Source: Candidatus Obscuribacterales bacterium (GTDB lineage Bacteria > Cyanobacteriota > Vampirovibrionia > Obscuribacterales > Obscuribacteraceae). Taken from it: a stretch of 64,000 nt of DNA. The position numbers and the translations under genes were made by a program. A model generated the notes under the pieces. That model searched no databases. It was not told the DNA's origin and worked only from the letters and a program-made list of their open reading frames with translations. Below, in pieces: positions 10,642 to 22,430 of this stretch; the first letter of the stretch is position 1, and each line of letters begins with the position of its first letter. The stretch is from contig CBDDIJ010000003.1 of assembly GCA_965228855.1 (NCBI GenBank), positions 128,001-192,000 on the forward strand, written 5' to 3'.

Positions 10642-12609
10642 CTATCCTTCCGGTTTTGCAAACTTCGGGATGGTCTGTTCCATAAGGATATGCCCAATAT
10701 TTACTACAGGAACACCCAGGTTATTTTCCAAATCCTGCGCATAACGGTCGGCAAGTTCCGGGTCCGTTCCGGTTCCGATAAAAACCTTCTTGAAAGGATG
10801 GGCTCGTTTCATATAAATCAAACCATCGACCAGCGTTTCCGGCAAAATCTTCACGGTGAGAACCATGTCGTGGTGCTTGAAACTTGGTGCTATCTGCTGG
10901 GAAACAACACGCTGCAAAAGCTCGTACATAATGCCGCGCCTCGCTGACTCTTCTTCGGCGTGATACAGAATCACTTCCTTGGGGCCCGGCTCCTCTCGTT
11001 CAAGCAGGCGAATCAACGAATTCGCCAGGTTACGTGCCTTGGCTCCGGCCGTGCAAAGCACATAGGTGGGCAGATCATCAGGCAGCTCGGAGACGCTTGT
11101 GAATTTGCCTAAACCCAGACGCAGGTCCGGAAGGTGTCGCAGCCTGCTCTCGAGGAGACCCAGGCGATAGAAACACATGACCAGAAGAATGGCCAGCAGT
11201 ACCTGAATTCCCAGCGGTCGGGCATCGTGCGCCGAAAAGATCAGCACGACCTCCGCGCCAAGGAGGACCAGGGTGCCTATCAATGGTGGGATTGGGAAGT
11301 CGACGCCCCGAAAAGGTACCGTCAGTTTTGTGCGATAAGGAGAGCGTGCCACTTTGACCGGCATGCGGAAGCGCATCATAATCACGCCCGCACAGAAAGA
11401 TGCCATAACAGCGAGGAACGCCATGCCGTAGACCTGACCCAGGTCTTCGACTTTGCCGGGCAGAACCATAATCATCAAGCAGGTGACGGCCATAAAGAGC
11501 AGCACAATGTAAGGGTATCCGTGCATGTACGGAAGTTTGTGCTCCCAGCGCCTGAGCAGGAAAGCGGGAAGATTTCCTTGTTTCGCCATCGTGGTGCAGA
11601 GACCGATACAGCCGACATATGCCGTGTTGACGGCGGCAAATAGTGTCAGGCATGCATCAAATACCAGGATTTGCAGGAGCGTTTGCCCACCTTCGATATA
11701 AGCCAGACCGGAGAGGAGATTGTCTTTATAAAGAGTGAGTTGCTCTTGGTTTAACAACACCAGGCAAAGATAAGATGTAACCGGAGCCGTGAATCCCACG
11801 AGCAGAACTATTGAGAGATAAACCTTTTTCAGCGTTCGCCAGGTCGGAGTTTTCAGCTGCTCAACGATCTGTGCGGCTGATTCAAAACCGGTAATGCCGA
11901 GGAATGCTGCAGCGCATCCGTGCAATAGGTTTGCTGGGCTGATACTCGGCAAATCTCGGAAAACGATTGTGAAGTCGACCTGACGCTGGAACGCGAGATA
12001 TAGTCCGTAAACATCGAGGCAAATCAAAAGTAGGAAGTGACCAAGGGCGATGAAAAACACGGCGAACGCCGGTTCTTTCATGCCTTTAATATTTGCGACA
12101 CCGAAGATAATGACCGGTACCAGGGCGACGATGAGGATGTTTCCGGTCGACCAGTCCATCATGTTGTCGAATGAATCGAGGTAATAGGCTCCAGACAAGG
12201 CGCTCACTGCGGCGGTTGCCAGGTAGGAGAGGATGGTGAGCGCTCCGACGAACATGGCAAGCCGTCTCCCGACGGTTTGCAAAACCATGATGTAGGCGCC
12301 GCCGTTGAAAGGGCTGACTGAGCAGCCTTCTTCGTATGTGATTTTGAAAAACCACATCATCAGACAGACGAACAGAATGACAAGCGGCGCAGCAAATCCG
12401 ACATAAGGCATGATCACGCCCGTGCTGTAGAACACGGATGTACCGATGTCTGCGCCGACAATGCCGGCTGCCATCCACCAGTTGAGAAGCGCGTCTTTGT
12501 CGTGGTGATTTGGCGATTTTGGCGACGTGGATGTATCGATTTCTATTGGACCCGTCATAGCCGAGGTCTCGGCCGCGCCCAACATATCGTTGTTCTGCGA
12601 AGAGGACAT
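10642..12609 (-). CDS. APC-superfamily amino acid/polyamine permease with soluble C-terminal domain
   Basis: About 12 hydrophobic segments; GADIGTSVFY, GGAYIMV, GITGFESAAQ motifs. Confidence 0.88.
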   Translation of the reverse strand: MSSSQNNDMLGAAETSAMTGPIEIDTSTSPKSPNHHDKDALLNWWMAAGIVGADIGTSVFYSTGVIMPYVGFAAPLVILFVCLMMWFFKITYEEGCSVSPFNGGAYIMVLQTVGRRLAMFVGALTILSYLATAAVSALSGAYYLDSFDNMMDWSTGNILIVALVPVIIFGVANIKGMKEPAFAVFFIALGHFLLLICLDVYGLYLAFQRQVDFTIVFRDLPSISPANLLHGCAAAFLGITGFESAAQIVEQLKTPTWRTLKKVYLSIVLLVGFTAPVTSYLCLVLLNQEQLTLYKDNLLSGLAYIEGGQTLLQILVFDACLTLFAAVNTAYVGCIGLCTTMAKQGNLPAFLLRRWEHKLPYMHGYPYIVLLFMAVTCLMIMVLPGKVEDLGQVYGMAFLAVMASFCAGVIMMRFRMPVKVARSPYRTKLTVPFRGVDFPIPPLIGTLVLLGAEVVLIFSAHDARPLGIQVLLAILLVMCFYRLGLLESRLRHLPDLRLGLGKFTSVSELPDDLPTYVLCTAGAKARNLANSLIRLLEREEPGPKEVILYHAEEESARRGIMYELLQRVVSQQIAPSFKHHDMVLTVKILPETLVDGLIYMKRAHPFKKVFIGTGTDPELADRYAQDLENNLGVPVVNIGHILMEQTIPKFAKPEG

Positions 12610-12790
12610 TTTTGATTCTTTTGTTACTTATTCTGCCGACGCTGTTATTTCGACAGAGACAGTGTAGCTAAAAGTCACAGATGTTTTAGTGCTTTTATCG
12701 AGATGTTATCGCCGGAAAACGTTACTTTAAGCGTAATTTTAGAACCGCGATCACATTTGTACTAGAAGACGTAGGAGTATTGAAAGCATT

Positions 12791-14047
12791 TTGAAAGCCA
12801 CGAGCTCTATGTTAACTCAGGTTATGGATGCTCATGGAAACGCCATTCATATCGACACCTTGTTGGCATTACTGCTCGTTGCCTCCGGGACCGCAGTAAT
12901 AACCAAGTGGGTGCCGATTCCCTACTCAGTCGCGCTTGTGATAGCGGGACTTCTTATCGGCTTGTCCGGCGTGATTCCGCCCATCTCCATGACGCCTGAA
13001 CTCGTCCTTCTCATCTTCCTTCCGGCCCTTCTGTTCGAAGCCTCCTGGAATCTCGATATCAAGGCGCTTCGCCGCGACTGGCGTTCCATCAGCGCTCTGG
13101 CTACAGTCGGCGTGGTTGTCTGTATGCTCGCAGTGGCTGCCGTGCTCTATATATCTGGCGGCTTCAATCTCCAAACCGCGCTGTTGTTCGGCGCCATGGT
13201 TGCGGCAACCGACCCCGTATCGGTGATTGCGCTATTCAGGCAGATGGGCGTGGACGAGCGGCTCACCATGATTCTCGAGGGCGAAAGTCTGTTTAACGAC
13301 GGAACGGCCGTCGTCCTGTTCAAAATCGTCCTCGGGGTTGTGCTTACAAACCAGGCGTTCTCTTTTGGGAATACGATCGGCGCTTTTGTATTTGTCGTTT
13401 TTGGTGGTATTGCGCTTGGTGCTGGTCTCGGTTTTCTAGCCTCAAAAATTACGCGAGCATTTGAGGACCACCTGCTTGAAATCACATTAACTGTGGTCAC
13501 CGCATACGGTGCTTATTTGTTAGCGGAACATTTGCACGTTTCAGCGATCATGAGCGTCGTATCTGCCGGCGTAGTAGTTGGGAACTTTGGTAGCCGTTCA
13601 GGCATGAGCGAGACCACTCGGATGGCGGTGAATTCGTTTTGGGAGTACGCGGCATTTCTGGTTAATTCGCTTTTGTTTTTACTAATTGGATTGCAAGTGA
13701 ATTGGCAACTGTTACTGAAGCATTCGCACGTTATCGGCCTGGGCGTGCTTGCTGTTTTCGTTGCGAGAGCTCTCGTAGTCTATGGTCTGTGTCCCTTCGT
13801 CTCTACCGGTAGGAAACCGATTCCAGTTGCCTGGCGGCATGTGATGTTTTGGGGCGGCTTGCGAGGAGCCCTGGTGATGGCGTTGGCCCTCTCTCTGCCG
13901 ATGTCTTTTCCTGAGCGTGAAGTGATTATCAATATGACCTTCGGAGTGGTTTTATTCACTCTGCTCGTGCCGGGTCTCTCGATGGAACCGCTGCTTCGCG
14001 TTCTCGGTCTGGAGCCGGAAAGAAGAGAAGCCAAAGCACCAGTTTGA
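12791..14047 (+). CDS. CPA1-family Na+/H+ antiporter (NhaP-like)
   Basis: FLPALLFEA, ATDPVSV, LEGESLFNDG, WGGLRG. Exact start uncertain (12791/12809/12824). Confidence 0.93.
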   Translation: MKATSSMLTQVMDAHGNAIHIDTLLALLLVASGTAVITKWVPIPYSVALVIAGLLIGLSGVIPPISMTPELVLLIFLPALLFEASWNLDIKALRRDWRSISALATVGVVVCMLAVAAVLYISGGFNLQTALLFGAMVAATDPVSVIALFRQMGVDERLTMILEGESLFNDGTAVVLFKIVLGVVLTNQAFSFGNTIGAFVFVVFGGIALGAGLGFLASKITRAFEDHLLEITLTVVTAYGAYLLAEHLHVSAIMSVVSAGVVVGNFGSRSGMSETTRMAVNSFWEYAAFLVNSLLFLLIGLQVNWQLLLKHSHVIGLGVLAVFVARALVVYGLCPFVSTGRKPIPVAWRHVMFWGGLRGALVMALALSLPMSFPEREVIINMTFGVVLFTLLVPGLSMEPLLRVLGLEPERREAKAPV

Positions 14048-14061
14048 ACCTTCAGAAGCGT

Positions 14062-15581
14062 TCATGACTTTGATTGCATCTCCTGGACTTTTGGTTTTTT
14101 CGCGTCTGATTGAGAGCCTGGCTTGGTGCCATTTTTTTGTTTGACCGCAGAACCGCCGCGTGTTGTGCCGGAACTATCTGCTCCGCCTGAAGGCGTTTGC
14201 TGCAGTTTTGGAAAAATCACGGTGAACTTTGTGCCCTTGTTATTCTTGCCCGAATCTATACGGACAGTAGCTCCATGGATTCTCGCTATTTCTGAGACGA
14301 TCGAAAGCCCCAGACCACTTCCGCTGACGTCCAGATTGATCGCTTTTTCCATCCTGTAGAAGCGCTCAAAAACTTTCGGACGTTCTTCTGGCGGAATTCC
14401 CAGACCATCGTCCTCCACGACCAGGGTTGCGTTTTCGTTGTTGGTTACGACGACACTCACGTGACCACCGGGACTGTTGTATTTGATTGCGTTTTCGATA
14501 AGATTGCTGGTCAATTCTTTTAAACTGACCGCGTCCCCTCTTATATACGTGGGTGTTTCCGGATGATCCAGATCGACTTCGATGTTTAAACGAATTGACT
14601 CTAATACTGCGTCCGTGAGCGCATTTTCCGCAACACAATTTAAATCGATAACATCATACGACTGTAGTAATGAATCGTTTTGTTCAGCTCTGGAAAGACT
14701 TAAAAGTTGCTGCACTGTTCTAATAATTCGGTCCACGCCTTCGCCCATTTGGTTCAGCATCTTGAGCGTTTCCTGATCGACTGAGCTTTTCTCGAGCAGC
14801 TCGATGTAGGTTTTTAAACCAGCTAGAGGCGTTCTTAATTGGTGCGCTGCATTCGCTGCAAATCGGTGTTGTTTTTCGACGTCAGCCGAAATCCGCAGAA
14901 ACAAACCGTTGAGCGCGGTCAAAAATGACTTTACTTCGTAGGGAGCATTTTCTTCGTGGATCGGCGATAGGTCCGTGGGCGCGCGTCTTTGAACCAGTTC
15001 ACCGATTGTTCTCAGCGGTTTAATACCTTTCTCAATCGAGATCCAAACAGCCAGTACCGCAAGTGATAGTAGTATCATCTGCGGTATCACGATCCCGAGA
15101 AGCAGTTTCCGTCGATACTCTTTTCGAGAGTTCAGAGTTTCTCCCACTTCGATTATCAGATAACCGGACTTGAGTTCGGGCACGGCAACTCTTGTTGACG
15201 CTACTCTGAAGACTTTATTGTCAATGACCTCATAGCGCAATCCAGCCATTTCCCCACTGGGTACGGCGAGCGGTGGATTGGGAAGTCCCATGTCTTTAGT
15301 AAATAATTCTCCCTCTGATGAAAACAATTCATAGACGAAGTCGTCTTTGTTTTCGTGTGTCAGAATCGTAATCGTTCGTTTGGGCAGTTGTTCAATCGAA
15401 ACCCGATCGCCATTGAAAACGAGGCGGCTGGTGAGAGAGTCCATCGAGTTTATCAAGGTCCTATCGTACGCTTCTCTCGACAGATACATCGAGAGAACAT
15501 ACGAAACCACTGCTGATACTATGAGTAGTATCAGCAGTGGGGTCATCAACCAGACTTGCATCTGGCGACGAATTGAATTTT

Positions 15582-15585
<4 letters not shown>
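14062..15585 (-). CDS. Sensor histidine kinase (TctE/QseC-like)
   Basis: Two TM segments, H-box AAHQLRTPL, NLIENAIKY, DDGLGI, GSGLGLSIV; ATGA overlap with the upstream response regulator. Confidence 0.95.
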
Positions 15586-16382
<797 letters not shown>

Positions 16383-16606
16383 GGCGTTAACCTCGTTGTG
16401 ACGCTGTTCTAAGAGATAATAGCAAATGGGTCGTCAAGTGAAGCCAGAATGGCGAAACAAATTTTCCACCTCCAATGTAACAAGATCTGATATCGTTTGT
16501 AGCTGTATTTGATCTATATCCTAGCAGTGCCGGGTGCCAAACCGCGCATTCTGTCCCAGAGCTTGCCAGGGTAAGTTCGTAACTTTAATTCGGAGTTTGG
16601 ACCATC

Positions 16607-19477
16607 ATGACGACCGCAAACAAAGAAGTGACCAATCGTTTGAAACAGCTCACCAAGCAAGGTCAGTCGATATGGCTGGATTTTATTCGTCGAAGTTTCG
16701 TGAGAAATGGAAGTTTAAAAAAGCTTGTGGATGACGATGGCTTGCGCGGCGTTACGTCCAACCCGTCGATTTTTGAAAAGGCGATCGCGGGAAGTGATGA
16801 CTACAAGGAGCAGATGGAAGAACTGCTTCAAGACCGCTCTCTTGACGCCAACGCAATTTATGAGAAGCTCGCGATCCAAGATATTCAGGAAGCTTGCGAC
16901 GTTTTGAAAACGGTTTACGAGGAAACCGCCGGGCGCGACGGCTATGTTTCCATGGAAGTTTCGCCGTTGCTGGCTTCCGACACCAGAGCGACAATCTCCG
17001 AAGCTCAGAAAATCTGGAAAGCCGTCCAGCGACCGAATTTGATGGTTAAAGTTCCGGCCACTCCCGAGGGAATTCCCGCGATCAAGGAACTGATTTCAGA
17101 AGGAATTAACATCAATGTGACTCTTCTATTCTCGGTCGATGCCTACAGCGATGTAGCTGAGGCCTATATCTCGGGTCTCGAAAAGCTTCATGAAAAGGGC
17201 GGCGACGTCAATATGGTTGCATCGGTCGCCAGTTTCTTCGTGAGCCGAATTGACTCTTTAGTGGATTCTCTGCTCAAAGATAAGATTAAGGTCGCTGAAG
17301 ACGACAAGGAGAAAGCGCGCTACGAAGCTCTTCTCGGCAAAACGGCGGTTGCTAATGCCAAGATGGCCTATCAGATTTACCGGCAGCTCTACACGTCCGA
17401 GCGGTGGAAAATTCTTGCCGGCGCCGGAGCTAGACCACAACGTCTGTTGTGGGCCAGCACCAGCACAAAGGATCCGGCATACCCGGATTGCCTGTACGTC
17501 GATGAGTTGATTGGAAATGAAACCGTTAACACGCTTCCGATGAATACCCTGGAGGCGTTTCGTGACCATGGAAAACCTGAAGAGACGCTGGAGAAGCGCC
17601 TCGATGAAGCTCAAAATGTTTTGGAGCAAATCGAGAGATACGGAATTTCCCTCACCGAAGTGACGGACCGACTACTTTCTGAAGGTGTTGAGCTTTTTGC
17701 CGTCGCGTTCAAAAAGCTGCTCGCCGCCGTCAACAAACAGCGAAGAGCTCACCATTCGCCGAAGAGCGATACGATGAGTTTCCGCCTGCCGGAAGACATG
17801 GCGAAAAATGTTGATGCTATGGTCGATGAATGGCAAGAAGCAGGTCGCATTCAAAAGCTCTGGAACAAAGACAAAGGACTCTGGACCGGCGCCGATGAGG
17901 CGAGTTGGATGGAGTGGCTCGACATTGTCGACGAGCAACTCAAGGACGCGGACAAGTTCGAGCATCTGGCTTCCGAAGTGAAGGAGAGCGCCTTCGAGCA
18001 TGCGGTCGTCCTGGGCATGGGCGGTTCGAGCCTGTGTCCTGAGGTTATGAGCTTGACGTTTGACCGAAGCGAAGGATTTCCGGAGTTGTCGATTCTGGAT
18101 TCAACCAATCCGGAACAGGTTCTGGCTAAAGATCATTCGCTCAATCTGGAAGAAACCCTGTTCATCGTCTCAAGCAAGTCGGGAACGACTCTTGAGCCCA
18201 ACATTTTTATGGAGTACTTCCTGAATCGAGTCAAAGAGAAAGTAGGGGAAGATAAGGCCGGATACCACTTTATTGCAGTCACCGACCCTGATTCAAAATT
18301 GGAATCATTCGCGAAGCAGGAAGGATTCCGAGAAATCTATTACGGCAAGACTGCCATCGGTGGTCGTTACTCAGCGCTGTCCGATTTCGGAATGATACCG
18401 TCGGCGGTGATGGGTCTCGACGTCCGGGAGTTTTTAAGTCGGGCTAGCGAGATGGTCGAAGCTTGTAAGAAGACCGAATCGGTCAAGGAAAACCCGGGCG
18501 TGATGCTCGGTGTAATTCTCGGCGTAGCGGCTTTAGCTGGACGTGATAAGCTCACCATCTTTACCTCAAAGGGCATTCATGATCTCGGCGCATGGCTCGA
18601 ACAACTGATCGCGGAGTCTACCGGCAAGGACGGAAAAGCCATTATCCCTCTAGACAGAGAATTGCTGGGCACGCCGACCGCATACGGTCATGATCGAGTC
18701 TTCGTTTACCTCAAGGTAGATGGAGAGAACGATAAGGTACAGGAAGAAGCTCTCAACGCGTTGGAAGAGATCGGTCATCCCGTCATACGAATTGTGCTCG
18801 ACGACAAAATGGCTCTCGGCGAAGAATTCTTCCGCTGGGAGATAGCCACCGCGGTCGCGGGCAGCATCATCGGTATCAATCCGTTCAACCAACCGGATGT
18901 AGAAGCCAGCAAAGTTGCTTCACGTGAACTGACTGATGAGTATGAGAAAAGCGGTTCCCTGCCTGCTGAGGAGCCCTTCTTCACCGATGCGAGCGTGAAA
19001 TTATTTACTGACTCCCGGAACCTGGAAGACCTTTCCAAGGCGGAGCAGAAATTAAGCGCGATTTTGAAAGCTCACTTCGCGCGTATCAAGGAGAACGATT
19101 ACTTCGCCGTGCTCGGTTACATTCAGATGAACGAGGAGCATGAGCGCATGTTGCAGAACATTCGTCATGCCGTGCGCGATTCGCGGAAGGTCGCAACCTG
19201 CCTTGGATTTGGCCCGCGTTTTCTCCACTCGACCGGTCAGGCCTACAAAGGTGGACCCAATACGGGGGTCTTCCTTCAGATCACTTGCGATCACGAAGAA
19301 GACGTTGCAGTGCCTGGTCATGAGTACACCTTTGGTGTCGTATGTGATGCTCAGGCACGGGGCGATCTCACTGTGCTATCAGAGAGAGAGCGCCGGCTGC
19401 TTCGCGTGCACCTGACAGGTAACGTCGACGAAGCTCTGAAACTTCTTACCCGTGCCGTCGGCGAAGCTCTGACGTAA
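16607..19477 (+). CDS. tal-pgi: Bifunctional transaldolase / glucose-6-phosphate isomerase
   Basis: GQSIWLD, GVTSNPSIF, VKVPAT, NVTLLFS, ASFFVSRID, LWASTSTK (transaldolase); GMGGSSL, SKSGTTLE, GGRYS, EQLIAESTGK, NQPDVE (PGI). Confidence 0.96.
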   Translation: MTTANKEVTNRLKQLTKQGQSIWLDFIRRSFVRNGSLKKLVDDDGLRGVTSNPSIFEKAIAGSDDYKEQMEELLQDRSLDANAIYEKLAIQDIQEACDVLKTVYEETAGRDGYVSMEVSPLLASDTRATISEAQKIWKAVQRPNLMVKVPATPEGIPAIKELISEGININVTLLFSVDAYSDVAEAYISGLEKLHEKGGDVNMVASVASFFVSRIDSLVDSLLKDKIKVAEDDKEKARYEALLGKTAVANAKMAYQIYRQLYTSERWKILAGAGARPQRLLWASTSTKDPAYPDCLYVDELIGNETVNTLPMNTLEAFRDHGKPEETLEKRLDEAQNVLEQIERYGISLTEVTDRLLSEGVELFAVAFKKLLAAVNKQRRAHHSPKSDTMSFRLPEDMAKNVDAMVDEWQEAGRIQKLWNKDKGLWTGADEASWMEWLDIVDEQLKDADKFEHLASEVKESAFEHAVVLGMGGSSLCPEVMSLTFDRSEGFPELSILDSTNPEQVLAKDHSLNLEETLFIVSSKSGTTLEPNIFMEYFLNRVKEKVGEDKAGYHFIAVTDPDSKLESFAKQEGFREIYYGKTAIGGRYSALSDFGMIPSAVMGLDVREFLSRASEMVEACKKTESVKENPGVMLGVILGVAALAGRDKLTIFTSKGIHDLGAWLEQLIAESTGKDGKAIIPLDRELLGTPTAYGHDRVFVYLKVDGENDKVQEEALNALEEIGHPVIRIVLDDKMALGEEFFRWEIATAVAGSIIGINPFNQPDVEASKVASRELTDEYEKSGSLPAEEPFFTDASVKLFTDSRNLEDLSKAEQKLSAILKAHFARIKENDYFAVLGYIQMNEEHERMLQNIRHAVRDSRKVATCLGFGPRFLHSTGQAYKGGPNTGVFLQITCDHEEDVAVPGHEYTFGVVCDAQARGDLTVLSERERRLLRVHLTGNVDEALKLLTRAVGEALT

Positions 19478-19558
19478 GCGAGGAGCATTTCTGATACGAA
19501 ACTTTTGGAAGGCGCAGTCGGTTTAACCGGATAGTCAAAGCGAAGGAGACGAAAGCGA

Positions 19559-20593
19559 GTGAAACTTCACGAAGAACACAAAACGATGATTCTTGCCGGC
19601 GACATTGGTGGCACGAAAACCAATTTAGGTCTATTCGTCGTGAAAGATCATCAGCTGCGTCCTGTGCTGGAAGAGCATTTTGCAAGTCAGGAATTTCCGG
19701 AACTAGAGATGCTTGTTCAAACGTTTCTGGACAAGCATGAGGTCAACATTCAATATGCGTGCCTCAGTATTGCAGGTCCGGTTATCGACAATCGTTGCAA
19801 AACAACCAATCTTCCATGGACTGTGGACGCCGATGAAATGTGCCGTCGTCACAGTTTTGAAAAGGTCTGGTTGATTAATGACCTCGAAGGTAATGCGCAT
19901 GGTATCACGCATCTTCGTGATGAAGAATTCGAAGTCCTGCATGCGCCGGAGACTCCTGTTCATGGAAATGCGTGCGTGGTCTCTGCCGGTACCGGACTCG
20001 GTGAAGCCGGTCTGTTTTGGAACGGTGATGGCTACATACCATTTGCATGCGAGGGCGGTCACACCGACTTCGCGCCGCGCAGCGATGAAGAAATCGAGTT
20101 ATTCAAATACTTGCGCCGCGATCACCAGCACGTGAGTTATGAACGCGTTTTATCCGGCATGGGACTCTACGCGATCTACTCGTTCCTCCGCGATACTAAT
20201 CGCTATTCGGAACCGGAGTGGGTGGCGGATGAACTGGCGGCTGTGGACGATCCCGCTGCTGCAATTTCGATGTTCGGAATGCAGGAGAAAGCTGAAATTT
20301 GCGTCAAAGCGCTCGATATGTTTATCGACATATATGGAAGCGAGTGTGGCAATGCCGCACTTAAATTCATGGCGTTCGGAGGTGTCTTCATCGGTGGTGG
20401 CATCGCTCCCAAGATTCGGGAACGGATGAAAGGACCGAGATTCATCGAATCGTTCTTGAATAAAGGCAGAATGCGGGCCATCCTCGAGAAGATGCCGGTG
20501 AAGATTATTTTGAATAATAAAACAGCTCTGCTTGGTGCCGCGCGCTGCGCGATGCTCAAGTCCGGGCAATTGCCTTCGAGAGTGACGGTTTAG
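19559..20593 (+). CDS. glk: Glucokinase
   Basis: LAGDIGGTKT, AGPV, LINDLE, GTGLGEA, EGGH, GGIAPKI. Confidence 0.95.
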   Translation: MKLHEEHKTMILAGDIGGTKTNLGLFVVKDHQLRPVLEEHFASQEFPELEMLVQTFLDKHEVNIQYACLSIAGPVIDNRCKTTNLPWTVDADEMCRRHSFEKVWLINDLEGNAHGITHLRDEEFEVLHAPETPVHGNACVVSAGTGLGEAGLFWNGDGYIPFACEGGHTDFAPRSDEEIELFKYLRRDHQHVSYERVLSGMGLYAIYSFLRDTNRYSEPEWVADELAAVDDPAAAISMFGMQEKAEICVKALDMFIDIYGSECGNAALKFMAFGGVFIGGGIAPKIRERMKGPRFIESFLNKGRMRAILEKMPVKIILNNKTALLGAARCAMLKSGQLPSRVTV

Positions 20594-20611
20594 AGCTGTT
20601 TCTCAACAAGC

Positions 20612-20650
20612 AATCGGTCCGGGTTGCGTGGACCCGGACCAATTATTTTG
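20612..20650. terminator. Hairpin/terminator between convergent glk and the 497-aa gene
   Basis: GGTCCGGGT (20616-24) / ACCCGGACC (20632-40) followed by a T-rich tract on the + strand. Confidence 0.75.
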
Positions 20651-20683
20651 TTTGTTTGTTTGTTTGTTGAGGAGGAAAACCTG

Positions 20684-22177
20684 TTATTTCTTCTTTTTGT
20701 TTTTCTTAGAGTTGGTCTTGCGGGTGGACCGTTTGTTCGCAAGTCCTTTGCTCGAATTCTTTTGCGGTTTGTCAGCAAAATATTCGCCCTTCAAGTCGAA
20801 TGTCGGTTTTGGAGCTGCGGCTTTCTTTGCGTTGTATATCAAAGTTTCATTTGCAAAGATGTTTGCAGGTGGTGCTTCGACTTGTGCGGTTTGAGTGTTT
20901 TGCACCACAGGCGGTATCGAGTCATCGATCGCTTTGAAGGGCGAGACAGTCTTCACTTCTTGCTCTGCCGCGAGAATAACCGGCTCAACTGCAATGGGGG
21001 CGTTTTTCAAAGCTGTCGAGTATTCTCCGGATTGATTCATCAACGATTGGAGGCTGGGAACGCTATCAGTGCGAGTCTCTTCCGTAGAATTCGTGGCTGC
21101 TGATGCCTGATTTGGCATTTGCATGGGAACCGCAACCGGCGCCGACTGATAGTTGCTAGAAATCGTGATTGAATACGATTGGGTTTCAGGCATGAGCGGC
21201 TTGGAAACGGGCGCTGCTGCAGGTTGGGAGAATTGCGTAACTGGAGAATCGTTGACGGTTTTCCAGCTGTCTCTTTTCTTTTTGATCTCGAATTTGCTCT
21301 GAATCGGTTCGGCAAGATTGAAACCTGACTTCGCATCAAAGTCGCTTGAGAGGCTGTCGCTGGTCCGACCTTCGTTGAGCCAGGGATCGACTTCCAGAAG
21401 ATCGAAATTCGCATTTCGTTCATCGTCCGATTTGCTCGGCGACAACATCTCTTGTGTGGCTCCGAGCAGCAAGCGCAGCAATTCCGCGGATGCTACTTCA
21501 AGCATCTCACCGGTGAGCGCACCGGTTTCTGAAATCCAGAAGACGCCCTTCTGAGAGTTCACCTGCGCCTTCCATTCGACTACCGGCGTATATGGTTCCA
21601 AATCAGTCAACGCGCCGATATTGTCTGTGGGAAGAAGATAGAATGCGATGGTATCTTGTCTTCCGTCGACGAGAAGTCGGAACAGCTTGGTCGAAAGGCT
21701 GCATTGAACATACGGCATTGTTTCATCATTATTGACGCGCCCGGCGACTTCGGGCTCGCTCGCCGTGATGAAGAGCTCGCTCAGACCGAGTAGCGTGTTC
21801 AATTCTGTGGAGAAGGCCAGAAGCGTTTTAAACGTGCGATGCATGAGGTCGCGAATAGCCTTCGAGAATAGCCTGTTTTCTTCCGAAGTCTTTTGGGTTT
21901 CCTTGCGGCGGCGGTCTAAAAACTGCATTGCATCTTGAGCCAAGTCCGCGATTAAGTCCTGGCGCGACCCCTGATAACGAGCTTTATGCAATTGAAGAAT
22001 CTTGTCGGACAGCAAACTGCGATCCTTGCCGCCAACCTGGAGTTCCTGTTGGTGCTTCTGGCGGTCTGCGGAGGTGCTGAAGTAGTCCAGTATTCTCCAT
22101 CGATAGCAAAAGTAATTGTTCTTGGGAAACTTCTGACGATTAGTAACTTCCGTAAGCTCATTGGAATTTTTCAACAT
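20684..22177 (-). CDS. Hypothetical protein with low-complexity C-terminal half and Lys-rich tail
   Basis: 497-aa ORF with GGAGG SD 6 nt before the ATG; no recognisable motif. Confidence 0.75.
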   Translation of the reverse strand: MLKNSNELTEVTNRQKFPKNNYFCYRWRILDYFSTSADRQKHQQELQVGGKDRSLLSDKILQLHKARYQGSRQDLIADLAQDAMQFLDRRRKETQKTSEENRLFSKAIRDLMHRTFKTLLAFSTELNTLLGLSELFITASEPEVAGRVNNDETMPYVQCSLSTKLFRLLVDGRQDTIAFYLLPTDNIGALTDLEPYTPVVEWKAQVNSQKGVFWISETGALTGEMLEVASAELLRLLLGATQEMLSPSKSDDERNANFDLLEVDPWLNEGRTSDSLSSDFDAKSGFNLAEPIQSKFEIKKKRDSWKTVNDSPVTQFSQPAAAPVSKPLMPETQSYSITISSNYQSAPVAVPMQMPNQASAATNSTEETRTDSVPSLQSLMNQSGEYSTALKNAPIAVEPVILAAEQEVKTVSPFKAIDDSIPPVVQNTQTAQVEAPPANIFANETLIYNAKKAAAPKPTFDLKGEYFADKPQKNSSKGLANKRSTRKTNSKKNKKKK

Positions 22178-22430
22178 GCAAAACCTCCAACAGCCGGTCC
22201 AGGGCTGCTTGCCATATTCAAACGGTCAACAAACAAACTATCTAAGGTGAGACTGGACTAGCTCGGTCGCTCTTCTAAATAAGATTGCTCGATTTGCCTG
22301 CCTCACAATTCAATCCTAGCCAAAATCCCGCAGGGCGTAAATCCGCAGTACTGTATCCGCAAAAGTGCGTATACAAAAATGAGCGGTTTCGGCGGACCTA
22401 AAACCTGTTTCCCTGGTAAGCTGCCGCCCG

